Under the pieces are notes generated by a model that was not told the DNA's origin, searched no databases, and saw nothing but the letters and a program-made list of their open reading frames with translations. Positions 54,130 through 63,513 of a stretch of 64,000 nucleotides of DNA are shown here, one piece after another. Made by a program: the position numbers and the translations under genes. The stretch comes from Thermodesulfovibrionales bacterium (GTDB taxonomy: Bacteria; Nitrospirota; Thermodesulfovibrionia; Thermodesulfovibrionales; SM23-35): positions 15,864-79,863 of the forward strand of contig OY970295.1 of assembly GCA_963716185.1 (NCBI GenBank). The letters run 5' to 3'. Position 1 is the stretch's first letter. The number at the start of each line of letters is the position of its first letter.

Positions 54130-54432
54130 TTTTCCCGGTTTGACAATACCTTCGCTCGAGATCCGAAGCGCTCAAGACGCGTCCTCGACAGTTTCACCAT
54201 TGTCGGGCTTATATCAATTCCAAATGTATCGCGCATCCGATGAAAAGTGGTGCGCGAGCAAAGATTCAGTGAGCCAACCGGTCCCGCAGCCAAACTCAAT
54301 GACGGATTTTGCTGACCCGAGATCTAATCGACGGATGAGATCGGTGACGGCAGATTTCTCATAAAATCGTTGCCAATCCTGCTTTGAGCCAAACGTGTCA
54401 TAAAAGACGCGTGCCTCGTCATGAGAGAACAT
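54130..54432 (-). pseudogene. class I SAM methyltransferase remnant
   Basis: VIEFGCGTG motif I, frameshift into GIDISPTMV, truncated; 3' end approximate. Confidence 0.75.
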
Positions 54433-54557
54433 TAATGAGTGGCCTTCCTTGGCCATAAATTATCAAGGCGCTGAGAGCATCTCGTGATATCCTCTATCAG
54501 ACTACAGCATCGTATATGAAGTTGACGCTGCAAAACATTTATGACTACTGCTCAATT

Positions 54558-55022
54558 CTAGTCCGCTTTTTCGGGTTCTTCTTTGACAAGTAGAATTGAA
54601 CAAGGCATAGTCCTGATGATCTCATCGTTACTACGGCCGAAAAGGAGGTGTTCCAAGCGCCACTCCGAATGTGCGGCCATCACAAGAAGATCGATGTTCT
54701 CTTCCTTAATCGTCTTCAGAGTCTCTTGTGTCGGCTCCCCTTCTTTCAGCAGTTCCCTTATCGTCAGACCTTTCTCTTTCTCCAGATCAATGACTCTGTC
54801 AAGTTCCTCTTTTTCCTCTTTCACAATTTGCCTGTACGATTCATCTATAGACGGAAGCGGCAGGTTCCATCCCTGCAGATCTGTGCCGAACGGCTGATGA
54901 ATCACATGAAGAACAGAAATTTCGCAACCGTATTTTCTGGCAAGTGAAACTCCGTAATGGACCGCCTTCCTGCTTTGTTTCGTCATCCGTGTCAATACAA
55001 GAATTCTTTTCACATTTTCCAT
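54558..55022 (-). CDS. universal stress protein
   Basis: RILV, LHVI, IDLLVMAAH...FGRSN..IIRTMPCSILLVK. Confidence 0.9.
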   Translation of the reverse strand: MENVKRILVLTRMTKQSRKAVHYGVSLARKYGCEISVLHVIHQPFGTDLQGWNLPLPSIDESYRQIVKEEKEELDRVIDLEKEKGLTIRELLKEGEPTQETLKTIKEENIDLLVMAAHSEWRLEHLLFGRSNDEIIRTMPCSILLVKEEPEKAD

Positions 55023-55299
55023 TATTGCCTCCTCCATAAAAATTTTCTTTTAAAAAATCGAGGTCATTTATGTACACCGGTTACATTATCGGGTACTCTG
55101 AATCTTCATCTCGGATTTTCCGTAATTACCCTCTTTGGTACGGACAACGGATCTTGAGTTCAAAACCGTTTGTTAGCGATCATTGATATAGTAGGAATAG
55201 CAATTAAGGTGCCAGATGATAAGTCTTTGATTATTAATGGAGATATGCGCAATTTCCCGAACGTCTTAATGCATTTCGCCTTTTTCGTGTGGCAAAATA

Positions 55300-55746
55300 C
55301 CACGGTGAGAGGAAAAAGCTTCCGCGGGTCTCACGTCCGACGGAACCGCCGCTGCCGATACTCATGGCAGAGGCAAAAGATTTAACTGCAGCGACGACGG
55401 GCCTGATAATTCCCTTATTGTAGTAAATAGCATCCATAACCTCCGGCACTCTATGCCCTTTCGCCTCCTGTGCAAAGTTATCGATGAGAAAAGCCACAAC
55501 AATAGAACCGACAACAGGCACAAAGATGACAAGAGGGCCCCATGGGCCGGCAGGCGTATGACTGTTGGCATCGTAAACAAACGATATCTTGCCGAGAAAC
55601 AACACATTATGAAAGAAACCGATCATGATCCGGAAGACGACCGCGCCCAGGCCCGATACTACGCCGACCAAAAGGGACAGCAGCGCAAAACCAAACAGCC
55701 CTAAAGATCCTGGTCGCGCAGTCTCTTTTTCGTTTGGATTCAGCAT
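55300..55746 (-). pseudogene. truncated ClC chloride channel N-terminus
   Basis: AKGHRVPEVM, GSGGSVGRE, then loss of homology. Confidence 0.8.
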
Positions 55747-55762
55747 AAGTTCATAGACCTGT

Positions 55763-55873
55763 TTAGGGATTGAGATTATCGACTATTTTATCCCCTTGCA
55801 GCATCTTATATGCCCGGTTTTTCAGCGTATCTTCTATGGAAAGACTTTTGTAATCATCCGTATTTTTTAACAT
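55763..55873 (-). pseudogene. deletion scar of a P-type H+-ATPase-like gene
   Basis: MLKNTDDYKSLSIEDTLK joined to an AYKML-like tail; RBS GGGAGG. Confidence 0.35.
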
Positions 55874-55937
55874 GAAAACCTCCCCGCGATTCTGACGAGC
55901 AGTTGAGCAAAACGAACAACTCTTGAAAGAAAAGCTC

Positions 55938-57305
55938 TCAAAACATAAGCCAGACAAGGAGAAAAAGCGTATTATTATCCGAGGCGTTCCTGCCGGACCC
56001 GTCATAGTCTGAATGAGAGCCGTTGAATTTGTTATAAATTGTGTATTGAAGCGAAACCTTGCCTGTTTTCCATGGCAAATAGCCCGCCTCCAGTATAAAA
56101 CCGTCGCTGTCCGGTTTTCCACTTCTGCTCCCATCAAGAGGGTTGGGGGAATATAGCACATTATCTTTATCTCCTGTTGTGGAGAAATACCCCACCGTTC
56201 CGCCGATATCACCAAAATGACCCCTGTAATAATAGTTTGCATTCACTCTGAAAGTATTCAGGCTGTCGGACTTGTTGGCTGTATTTCCGAGGGCAAAACT
56301 GGCATTCCAGTCCTGGTCTTCATGAATCCAGGTTGTCTGGGCCGAAAGAAAATGATCCTTTACGATATACTGGTATTGAGCGTCAAAGGCTATGTCTATG
56401 AACCGATCTGAAGGCCCGCTGCTATTACCTTCCGGAAAAATATTCGCCGCCATTCCGTAAGTGCCAATAGATAAGGAGTGTTTTTTCTCCCATTGGCGCT
56501 GAAGCACCAAACGCCAGTAAGGGGCGGCGGCATCGACCACCATGTCCGTATGCGTACCCACACCCAAGGGTCTCGTAATCCCATTGCGGGCAGTCCTGTA
56601 TACACTCGCTTCGGCATAAATCAAGTTGTTCCAGTATGCATACAAACCTATGCCGCCTACTTGCTGGCCTAATGTACCATCAATAATTGCGGCGGCAGCA
56701 GGAGTCGGAGCGATACCTGATGTTGCAGAAGGGAAACCCCATGCAGGAGTGCTGTTCCAGACATCTTGCGAGGTGGGATTATTATTTATTGTAAGGCCAT
56801 AGACAAGTTTTTTGCCAATTACCCATGTGCTGCCCGCGTAGCGAATATCCGTATTGTCCAAAAACAGCGAGTTGCTGGGACCGTCAAAGGTACCTTGTAT
56901 AAAAGCTCCAACATTGTAAAAAATACGTCCTCCGTAAAACAGGCTCAGCTGCTGCGGAATACTAATAACATTGTTTCCCGACGAGGTGATGCGGGTTGCC
57001 CAATTGTTGTCAATGGCCCCCTGAGGTTGAGCCCTGTCAGTATGCGTATAAGATATCTGTGCCATACCCGCCACTGGCGGAGGAAACTCGTATGGTTTGT
57101 CGCTCGTGGTCATTAAATAGCCGCCGAGCTTGAAAGATCTTCCCAACGGGGTCAATTCGGGGAAGACCATATGGCAGGCATTGCATTCCATCCCCGCCTG
57201 TCTTGCAAAACTCGGCACCGCAGAGGCGTCTTTTAGAGATAGAAATATTGAAAGGATGGTGATACTCATTACGAGTAACAGATCCTTGAGGTTTGATTTG
57301 GCCAT
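55938..57305 (-). CDS. cyc2: Cyc2-like fused monoheme cytochrome-porin outer-membrane protein
   Basis: After the signal peptide: AVPSFARQAGMECNACHMVFPELTPLGRSFKLGGY; beta-barrel body ending in terminal Phe (LVWLMF). Confidence 0.85.
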   Translation of the reverse strand: MAKSNLKDLLLVMSITILSIFLSLKDASAVPSFARQAGMECNACHMVFPELTPLGRSFKLGGYLMTTSDKPYEFPPPVAGMAQISYTHTDRAQPQGAIDNNWATRITSSGNNVISIPQQLSLFYGGRIFYNVGAFIQGTFDGPSNSLFLDNTDIRYAGSTWVIGKKLVYGLTINNNPTSQDVWNSTPAWGFPSATSGIAPTPAAAAIIDGTLGQQVGGIGLYAYWNNLIYAEASVYRTARNGITRPLGVGTHTDMVVDAAAPYWRLVLQRQWEKKHSLSIGTYGMAANIFPEGNSSGPSDRFIDIAFDAQYQYIVKDHFLSAQTTWIHEDQDWNASFALGNTANKSDSLNTFRVNANYYYRGHFGDIGGTVGYFSTTGDKDNVLYSPNPLDGSRSGKPDSDGFILEAGYLPWKTGKVSLQYTIYNKFNGSHSDYDGSGRNASDNNTLFLLVWLMF

Positions 57306-57313
57306 TTCTCCTC

Positions 57314-57658
57314 CTATTTTGCAGACGGGTTAAAGCTGTGAAGGTAACCGATAAGCGCCTTCATCTCTTCTGGCTTCAGCTCAAATGCTGGCATTTCGTC
57401 TTGACCATTTTCGATTATATGCGTAATTTTCTTGTCATCATTTTCCCTCCAGAACTTGGGATCGGTAAAATCGGCAGGTTTGGAACCGAGATATGCGGCT
57501 GCCCGCCCATTGCCGTCCCCCTTAATACCATGGCAAAGCTGGCATTTACTGGTATAAAGCATTTTTCCTTTGTCGTCTTCTCCCGCAGATATTCCTGTCC
57601 ATAGAACGGCGGTTACAAGAAATATTCCGGCTATGGAATTTATAGCCACTTTTTTCAT
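57314..57658 (-). CDS. periplasmic monoheme cytochrome c
   Basis: CQLCHG.KGDGNG, MPAF. Confidence 0.92.
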   Translation of the reverse strand: MKKVAINSIAGIFLVTAVLWTGISAGEDDKGKMLYTSKCQLCHGIKGDGNGRAAAYLGSKPADFTDPKFWRENDDKKITHIIENGQDEMPAFELKPEEMKALIGYLHSFNPSAK

Positions 57659-57812
57659 GAGATAGCCACCCTTTCCTTGCGACGATCATTTCTTGCTTTT
57701 GTATAGCAGCACACTGCGCTTCCCGAACCTAAAATTGTGAGAAGCACAGGGCCAAAATATATACGTTCTTAAAATGTTTAATGATTATTCATTCTTATTT
57801 AACAACATATGC

Positions 57813-58568
57813 CTACCACCCGCAACCCAGAGGAGCCTTCGCATAGATTTTCTTCTGAAGGTCGAGGATTTCTCTCTCAAGTTTCACTATTGTTTCAGGA
57901 GTGGTCTTTGGGTTCCGATAAGCCTCTGAATATTCAAACCTCTTGTCATACAGTTCTTTTCTCAATCCTGCGGTCTCATCAAGAAACTTCTGGCATTCTT
58001 CGCTCTGATTGTATCCGCCCATCATACCACGGCCCATCATGCCGCCACCCATCATGCCACGGCCCATCATGCCGCCACCCATCATGCCGCCACCCATCAT
58101 GCCGCCACCCATCATGCCGCCACCCATCATGCCGCCACCCATCATGCCGCCACCCATCATGCCTGGTCCCATTCCATAACCACGACCGAGCATGCCGGAG
58201 CTTCCAGCGGAATAAATATACTTGTAGAGTGTCTTGGCTTGTTGGTCAGATATTTGCTTATCAGAAAAAGCAGGCATAACACCTTCTGATCCGTCCGGCA
58301 TCTTCGGATCGCGTATAAAGGAAAGGAACGTTTTAAAGTCCGCCAACTTCGAAGACCCCCTCAAGGGCAGGTTAGGTAAGATGACATTGCCTCCGTTCGG
58401 ATGGCATCTGCTGCAATTTGCATTGAAAATCTTAGCTCTCGCACTGTCTACAGCCTTTTGGGTTTTCTTACCCTGTCCGGCCTCCATCATGCCGGGGCCT
58501 TGCGCAAAAACTATTCCGGTCACTCCTAAGATTAGTGCAACAGTCAACATCATTTTAAACCTTTTCAT
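57813..58568 (-). CDS. cytochrome c fused to a Met/Gly repeat and a ZraP/Spy-like helical tail
   Basis: CSRCH, MPAF, ten MMG(G/R)G units, QKFLDETAGLRKELYDKRFEY. Confidence 0.85.
   Translation of the reverse strand: MKRFKMMLTVALILGVTGIVFAQGPGMMEAGQGKKTQKAVDSARAKIFNANCSRCHPNGGNVILPNLPLRGSSKLADFKTFLSFIRDPKMPDGSEGVMPAFSDKQISDQQAKTLYKYIYSAGSSGMLGRGYGMGPGMMGGGMMGGGMMGGGMMGGGMMGGGMMGGGMMGRGMMGGGMMGRGMMGGYNQSEECQKFLDETAGLRKELYDKRFEYSEAYRNPKTTPETIVKLEREILDLQKKIYAKAPLGCGW
58014..58163 (-). repeat. 15-bp coding tandem repeat x10 (MMGGG)
   Basis: CATCAT recurs every 15 bp from 58020 to 58160. Confidence 0.97.
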
Positions 58569-58610
58569 CTCTTCTTCCTCCTTTAAAAATATTTATCCAC
58601 TCATTATTTT

Positions 58611-58627
58611 TGCAACATTTATGCCTT
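58611..58627 (-). promoter_or_regulatory. sigma54 -24/-12 promoter of the cytochrome/cyc2 cluster
   Basis: AAGGCATAAATGTTGCA (GG-N10-GC). Confidence 0.65.
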
Positions 58628-58801
58628 AGCCGAATTTACTGATTTAATTGAATAATTAGTAAGAAAGACTTATTTGAGGTGGTCATTTTTCCTCACATGC
58701 ATGGCATTTTTCCTCTGCCTATCCGTTTTTTTTATATTGATTTTGTAACTATAAATTATTATTATTATAGTTACAACTTATTTAACCATGAGGCATGTTA
58801 T

Positions 58802-59062
58802 TTGATCTTAGCGGGAATTAAAGAGCTTAAGGCGAGACTGAGCAGTTACATTGACAAGGTGAACGGCGGAGAGCAAGTCATTGTAACTGAACATGGTAGA
58901 GAAGTGGCGGTGATAAGCCCTATTTCGAGAGAAAGAAAGGCAATCATGTCGCTTATAAAGGCAGGCAAGGCCCACTGGGGCGGAGGGAAACCTATAGGAC
59001 TCACTGGAATCAAGATTAAGGGAAAGCTCTTATCAGAGACCATCCTGGAAGAACGCAGATGA
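58802..59062 (+). CDS. Phd/YefM-family antitoxin
   Basis: GIKELKARLSSYIDKVNGGEQVIVTEHGREVA; TTG start inferred. Confidence 0.88.
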   Translation: MILAGIKELKARLSSYIDKVNGGEQVIVTEHGREVAVISPISRERKAIMSLIKAGKAHWGGGKPIGLTGIKIKGKLLSETILEERR

Positions 59063-59484
59063 TCTTATATCTTGGAACGAGCAGTCTTGTGAAATTGTAT
59101 ACAGACGAACAATATTCAGATATTGTCAGAGAATGGGTGAATGGGGCTGAGATTGTGGCAACGTGCCGTGTAGCGTATACCGAAGTGATCTCCGCGCTCG
59201 AGGCGAGATTCAAGCAAAACGATTTTTCAAAAAGCGATTATAATCGTATTGTGAAACAATTTTCAGAGGATTGGCTTCATCTTGCCATCGTTGATTTCGA
59301 TGAGCGCGAACCGGGAGTTTATGTAAAGAAGTACGGCTTAACCCGTTTCGACGCAATCCACTTATCTGCTGCAAGGCTTCTGAAAAGTGCCGGCCACGGC
59401 ATATCATTATCATTCTCCTCCGCTGACGCCAACCTTTGCAAAGCCGCTGCCGCCGAAGGGCTGAAGGTCTTGTACTTCTGCTGA
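59059..59484 (+). CDS. vapC: VapC-family PIN toxin with the first catalytic Asp replaced by Gly
   Basis: MILYLGTSSLVK, TEV, FDAIHLSAA, SADANL; ATGA overlap with the antitoxin. Confidence 0.85.
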   Translation: MILYLGTSSLVKLYTDEQYSDIVREWVNGAEIVATCRVAYTEVISALEARFKQNDFSKSDYNRIVKQFSEDWLHLAIVDFDEREPGVYVKKYGLTRFDAIHLSAARLLKSAGHGISLSFSSADANLCKAAAAEGLKVLYFC

Positions 59485-59523
59485 GCTGACGAAAAAATGT
59501 TGAAAAAGCGATGAGTGGTTCCG

Positions 59524-60906
59524 ATGAGAAAAAAGATTGTTGAAGAATCCGTCCTTTTTATAAGCATTCTCAAATGGTTGTTTCTCGCGTCCTGCATCGG
59601 CATTCTCGTCGGTCTGTCAACGACCCTTTTCCTTAAGGTGCTCGAAGCCAGTTCGCGTTTCGCCGGAGGCTTCAAATATTATTTCCTGCTCCTGCCGGTC
59701 TCCCTCTTTATGAGCAGTCTTATCGTGAAGTACCTTGCTCCCGAGGCTGCCGGACATGGTACAGAGAAGGTGATCGAGGCTGTACACAAAAGATCCGGAA
59801 AAATAAACCCTTTTGTTGTGCCCGTAAAGCTTCTGGCTACGGTTATCACAATCGCATCGGGCGGCTCAGCAGGAAAGGAGGGGCCCTGTGCACAAATTGG
59901 AGCCGGCCTTTCGTCGATCTTCTCCGATGTTGTCCGGTTCGAGGATAAAGACCGCAAGAAACTCGTAATCTGCGGGATAAGCGCGGGCTTTGCTACGGTC
60001 TTCGGAACCCCAATAGCCGGCGCTATATTCGGTGTGGAAGTTCTGTTTATCGGAGGTCTTCTCTATGAGGTTCTTCTCCCTTCTTTTGTTGCGGGCATCG
60101 TTGGATACCAGGTCTCTTCGGCTTTAGGTATTGCCTATTTTTATGAACCCATGAGGTTCGTCCCCCAGTTCAGCAGCGCCTTTTTCATAAAGGTATGTCT
60201 GAGCGGACTGTTTTTCGGGGTGAGTTCCCTGCTGTTTATTGAAATGTTGAAGCTGCTTGAACGTTTGAGCAGAAAGATCAGGGTCTGGGCTCCCTATAAA
60301 GGGCTATTGGGAGGTTTGATTCTCGTTGCCCTCGCCCTCCTGTTTTCAACGAAGTATTTGGGCCTCGGGCTCGATACGATCAGGGGCACTCTCGAAGGAG
60401 AAGGCATTTTCCCGGGTGCATTCCTTTTAAAGATGCTCTTCACCTCCATTACCCTCAGCTTCGGGGGAAGCGGCGGAATAGTAACACCGATATTCTTTGT
60501 GGGGGCCACTTCGGGCAGCGTCTTCAGCCAGATTTTCGGATTCGACAAAGCCGTTTTTTCCGCAATAGGAATGGTGAGCCTCCTCGCCGGGGCTGCGAAT
60601 GCTCCTATATCCGCGAGCATTATGGCGGTGGAGTTGTTCGGCCCGGCGGTAGCGCCATATGCCGCGGTCGCATGCGTTATCAGTTTTCTCATGACTGGGC
60701 ACAGAAGTGTCTATCCTAGTCAGGTCCTCGCTGTTACGAAATCATCCTCTCTCGGCGTTGCCACCGGCGGCGAAGTGAAGGACATCCCGGAAATCGATTT
60801 TCATATAAGGGGGCGAAGCGTCACGGGCGGGATCGTAAGAGGCTATGATAAGGCCAGGAAAGGTCTAAAAAGGACGATCGAAAAAAAACATGATGAAGAC
60901 AAATGA
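59524..60906 (+). CDS. ClC-family chloride channel/antiporter
   Basis: GHGTE, GSAGKEGP, FGTPIAG, GGIVTPIFFVG. Confidence 0.92.
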   Translation: MRKKIVEESVLFISILKWLFLASCIGILVGLSTTLFLKVLEASSRFAGGFKYYFLLLPVSLFMSSLIVKYLAPEAAGHGTEKVIEAVHKRSGKINPFVVPVKLLATVITIASGGSAGKEGPCAQIGAGLSSIFSDVVRFEDKDRKKLVICGISAGFATVFGTPIAGAIFGVEVLFIGGLLYEVLLPSFVAGIVGYQVSSALGIAYFYEPMRFVPQFSSAFFIKVCLSGLFFGVSSLLFIEMLKLLERLSRKIRVWAPYKGLLGGLILVALALLFSTKYLGLGLDTIRGTLEGEGIFPGAFLLKMLFTSITLSFGGSGGIVTPIFFVGATSGSVFSQIFGFDKAVFSAIGMVSLLAGAANAPISASIMAVELFGPAVAPYAAVACVISFLMTGHRSVYPSQVLAVTKSSSLGVATGGEVKDIPEIDFHIRGRSVTGGIVRGYDKARKGLKRTIEKKHDEDK

Positions 60907-61082
60907 GTGTAAAAACGAAAAACGACTTCTTCAATATTACTTATCGTGAACGGAATCGATAATTTTTGGAGGCAATGAATGATAGTAATAAAAGTAATCG
61001 CATTCACAATTATTGTCTTAATATTAGGCTACATATTCGCAACGATAATCTCAGAAGATAATCACAAACATTAATTTATGCC

Positions 61083-61514
61083 TTAAGGCCCTGAATTGAA
61101 GCCTCTCCTCATCATGCGTCTCTTCCAGAGAGGCATGCAGGAAGAATCCCTGAGTAATGTGGTCTTCCCGGTGGAAAGATTTTTGAGACGGCTCGCGATG
61201 ATATAGAGATTTCCGTCCCGTGAGACATATTTTGATCCGGTCACTTCGTAAGATGTTCCGGCCTTGAACCCGATGCCTTCCCGTGCAATGTACCACGGCG
61301 GTGCGGTGACGACCCTATAATCCTTGTTTCCGGAATTAAGAATGATAATCACCGGACCCCTCATATCCTTCCTGACTTCTCTCACCGTACCCTTTACGGC
61401 TACCTCGGTATTTTCGTCGTACCCTTCACCGACCTCACTTTCCGCGTAAACAGCTGAAAAGAGAAAAACTATTAAAAAAGAAGCAAGTAAAACACTATTC
61501 CTGCAACTGTTCAT
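61083..61514 (-). CDS. exported OB-fold-like protein
   Basis: Signal peptide; YDENTEVAVKGTV, APPWY, EVTGSK, LRD...PLW. Confidence 0.65.
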   Translation of the reverse strand: MNSCRNSVLLASFLIVFLFSAVYAESEVGEGYDENTEVAVKGTVREVRKDMRGPVIIILNSGNKDYRVVTAPPWYIAREGIGFKAGTSYEVTGSKYVSRDGNLYIIASRLKNLSTGKTTLLRDSSCMPLWKRRMMRRGFNSGP

Positions 61515-61623
61515 GTTTTCTTTAATAATACCTGATTTTGATCCTGAATTTTATGTTTCAAAAAACGAATACGGCGAGGACACAGATTGTGTGTACTCTC
61601 TGTGTCCTCCCTTTTGTCCCTGC

Positions 61624-62025
61624 TTAGAGCCTGCTCATTCTGCCCATGTGTCCCGGGCCATATCCGCAGCCGCCGCATCCGGCGCCGCCAAAACCGTTTG
61701 CCGCCGCCTTTTTCTGCATTTCGGTCCTTACGTCAACCATCTCCTTACGTTTGGCCGAAATCGCATTCCAGTCCGTCGGCGTCTGCGTCCGCAGAGTCAT
61801 CAGATCTGTTCTGAGTTGAAGCATCTTCTGCTTCAGCGGCAAGATGTCGGTCTGAAACTTGGCGAACTTCTGGGACTGCTCAGGCGTCAAGGCGCCTGCA
61901 GCCCCCGGGCATGTCCCGTAACCGGCGCCCATTCCCCAGCCGGAGCCGGGGCCAAAAGCAAATGCCGCTGTGACGACTACTGCAACTAATGCAACTACTA
62001 AGCCTGCAATAATACCTCTCTTCAT
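61624..62025 (-). CDS. ZraP/Spy/CpxP-family periplasmic protein
   Basis: Signal peptide, Gly-rich ends, LTPEQ motif, helical core. Confidence 0.85.
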   Translation of the reverse strand: MKRGIIAGLVVALVAVVVTAAFAFGPGSGWGMGAGYGTCPGAAGALTPEQSQKFAKFQTDILPLKQKMLQLRTDLMTLRTQTPTDWNAISAKRKEMVDVRTEMQKKAAANGFGGAGCGGCGYGPGHMGRMSRL

Positions 62026-62071
62026 GCTGATCACTCCTTTCTATGGTAAATTTTATCTTAACCATATTGAA

Positions 62072-62088
62072 AGCAATCGTCATGCCGG
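62072..62088 (-). promoter_or_regulatory. sigma54 -24/-12 promoter
   Basis: CCGGCATGACGATTGCT (GG-N10-GC). Confidence 0.75.
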
Positions 62089-62138
62089 CATAAAAGAGAC
62101 TGATTTATCGAGGTTTTTTAATAGATTATTTTTTAGTC

Positions 62139-62173
62139 TGCAAATATTGCGCTGAATTGATGCAATATTTGCA
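62139..62173. promoter_or_regulatory. tandem palindromic enhancer boxes (bEBP UAS)
   Basis: TGCAAATATTGCG and TGCAATATTTGCA, 22 bp apart, upstream of the sigma54 motif. Confidence 0.6.
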
Positions 62174-62181
62174 TTACGACA

Positions 62182-63513
62182 TCACGAAATACCATATTCC
62201 TTAATCTTGTAGTGAAGTGATCTTAAGGATATGCCGAGTATTTCAGCAGCCCTCTTCTTGTTCCCTCCTGTCTGTGAAAGGGCGGCCTTGATTGCCTGTA
62301 TTTCTACAGCTTTCAAATCTCCGCTGATCTTCTGCCCATGACCGGACTCAGCAACATACTCTATGCCGGAGATATGCAGCTCCGGACCTTTACTCACAAT
62401 AATCGCACGCTCGATGATATTTCTCAGTTCCCGTATATTACCCGGCCAGGCATATTCCATCATCTCCTTCATGGCTCCGGAAGTGATGTTCTTCGGCTCC
62501 CGTCCCAACCTTCCTGAGATGGTGTCGACCAGATAACGGGCGATCTTTTCCAAATGCTCCCTGCGCTCCCTCAAAGGTGGAACCGAGATGGGGAAGACAT
62601 TAAGACGATAAAAAAGGTCTTCCCTGAATTTCCCTTCTCCTGCCAGTCGCTTCAGGTCCCTGTTCGCGGCGGCGATAATCCGTGCATTTGTCTTGACCGT
62701 GTTGGTTGACCCGAGTCGTTCAAAGGTCTTATCCTGAATGATCTTCAGTAGCTTGGCCTGCAGCGTCAAGCTCATCTCCGATACTTCGTCAAGCAGTATA
62801 GTGCCGTCATTGGCGAGCTCAAATTTGCCTTTTTTCTGAGTCAGTGCGCCCGTGAATGCGCCCTTTTCGTAGCCGAAGAGCTCAGACTCCAGCAGGTTTT
62901 CGGGAATAGCTGCGCAGTTAATATCCACGAAAGGTCCCTTCCTTCCGCTCAAGCGATGCAGAATTTTTGCTATCAGCGTCTTGCCTGTCCCGGTCTCGCC
63001 GTAAAGCATAACCGTAGCATCAGTCGGCGCAACATCCTTCACTTCTTTTAGCACGCTATCCATCCCGGCGAATACGATCTCAAGGGAAGGAATATCTTCA
63101 AAAAGGACTGATTTCAGGAGAGCATTCTCGTTGATGAGTACCTGACGCTCAAACACTTTCGCTACCGCAATCCTAAGCTGATCGGGGTCTCTGAGGGGTT
63201 TGGTAATGTAATCACCAGCGCCTTTTTTCATGGCTGTAACCGCTGTCTCGACAGTCGCAAAGGCGGTGACCATGATGAAATCGGCCTGGCTGCTTTTCCT
63301 GACCTCTTCCATGAACCTGATGCCGTCCATCTTAGGCATTTTTAAATCAGAAATGATGAGACTAGGTCCGAAGGAATCAAGGACCTTCAATGCATCTTCG
63401 GGGTCGCTGAGTCCCTTGACCGTATGCCCCTCTCCCTCAAGAATTTTCGTCATGAGGAGGAGAAAGGATTTTTCATCATCGACAATAAGTATCCTGAAAT
63501 TATCTTTATTCAT
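62182..63513 (-). CDS. sigma54-dependent response regulator (ZraR/AtoC-like)
   Basis: REC, GETGTGK, ESELFGYEKGAFTGA, WPGNIREL, Fis-type HTH. Confidence 0.95.
   Translation of the reverse strand: MNKDNFRILIVDDEKSFLLLMTKILEGEGHTVKGLSDPEDALKVLDSFGPSLIISDLKMPKMDGIRFMEEVRKSSQADFIMVTAFATVETAVTAMKKGAGDYITKPLRDPDQLRIAVAKVFERQVLINENALLKSVLFEDIPSLEIVFAGMDSVLKEVKDVAPTDATVMLYGETGTGKTLIAKILHRLSGRKGPFVDINCAAIPENLLESELFGYEKGAFTGALTQKKGKFELANDGTILLDEVSEMSLTLQAKLLKIIQDKTFERLGSTNTVKTNARIIAAANRDLKRLAGEGKFREDLFYRLNVFPISVPPLRERREHLEKIARYLVDTISGRLGREPKNITSGAMKEMMEYAWPGNIRELRNIIERAIIVSKGPELHISGIEYVAESGHGQKISGDLKAVEIQAIKAALSQTGGNKKRAAEILGISLRSLHYKIKEYGIS

Noticed and set aside
57809..58279. Plus-strand ORF with (PSCRH)n, superficially like a multiheme or metal-binding protein
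   Set aside because: It is the antisense shadow of the MMGGG repeat and has no CxxCH motif or signal peptide.
59524..60906. Fluoride-specific CLC-F exporter
   Set aside because: It has GHGTE/GKEGP rather than the GNNLI/GREGT signatures, and no fluoride riboswitch was recognised.
61083..61514. Magnetosome gene (MamS/MamX-like OB fold)
   Set aside because: This fold is widespread, and there are no other mam genes or magnetochrome motifs here.
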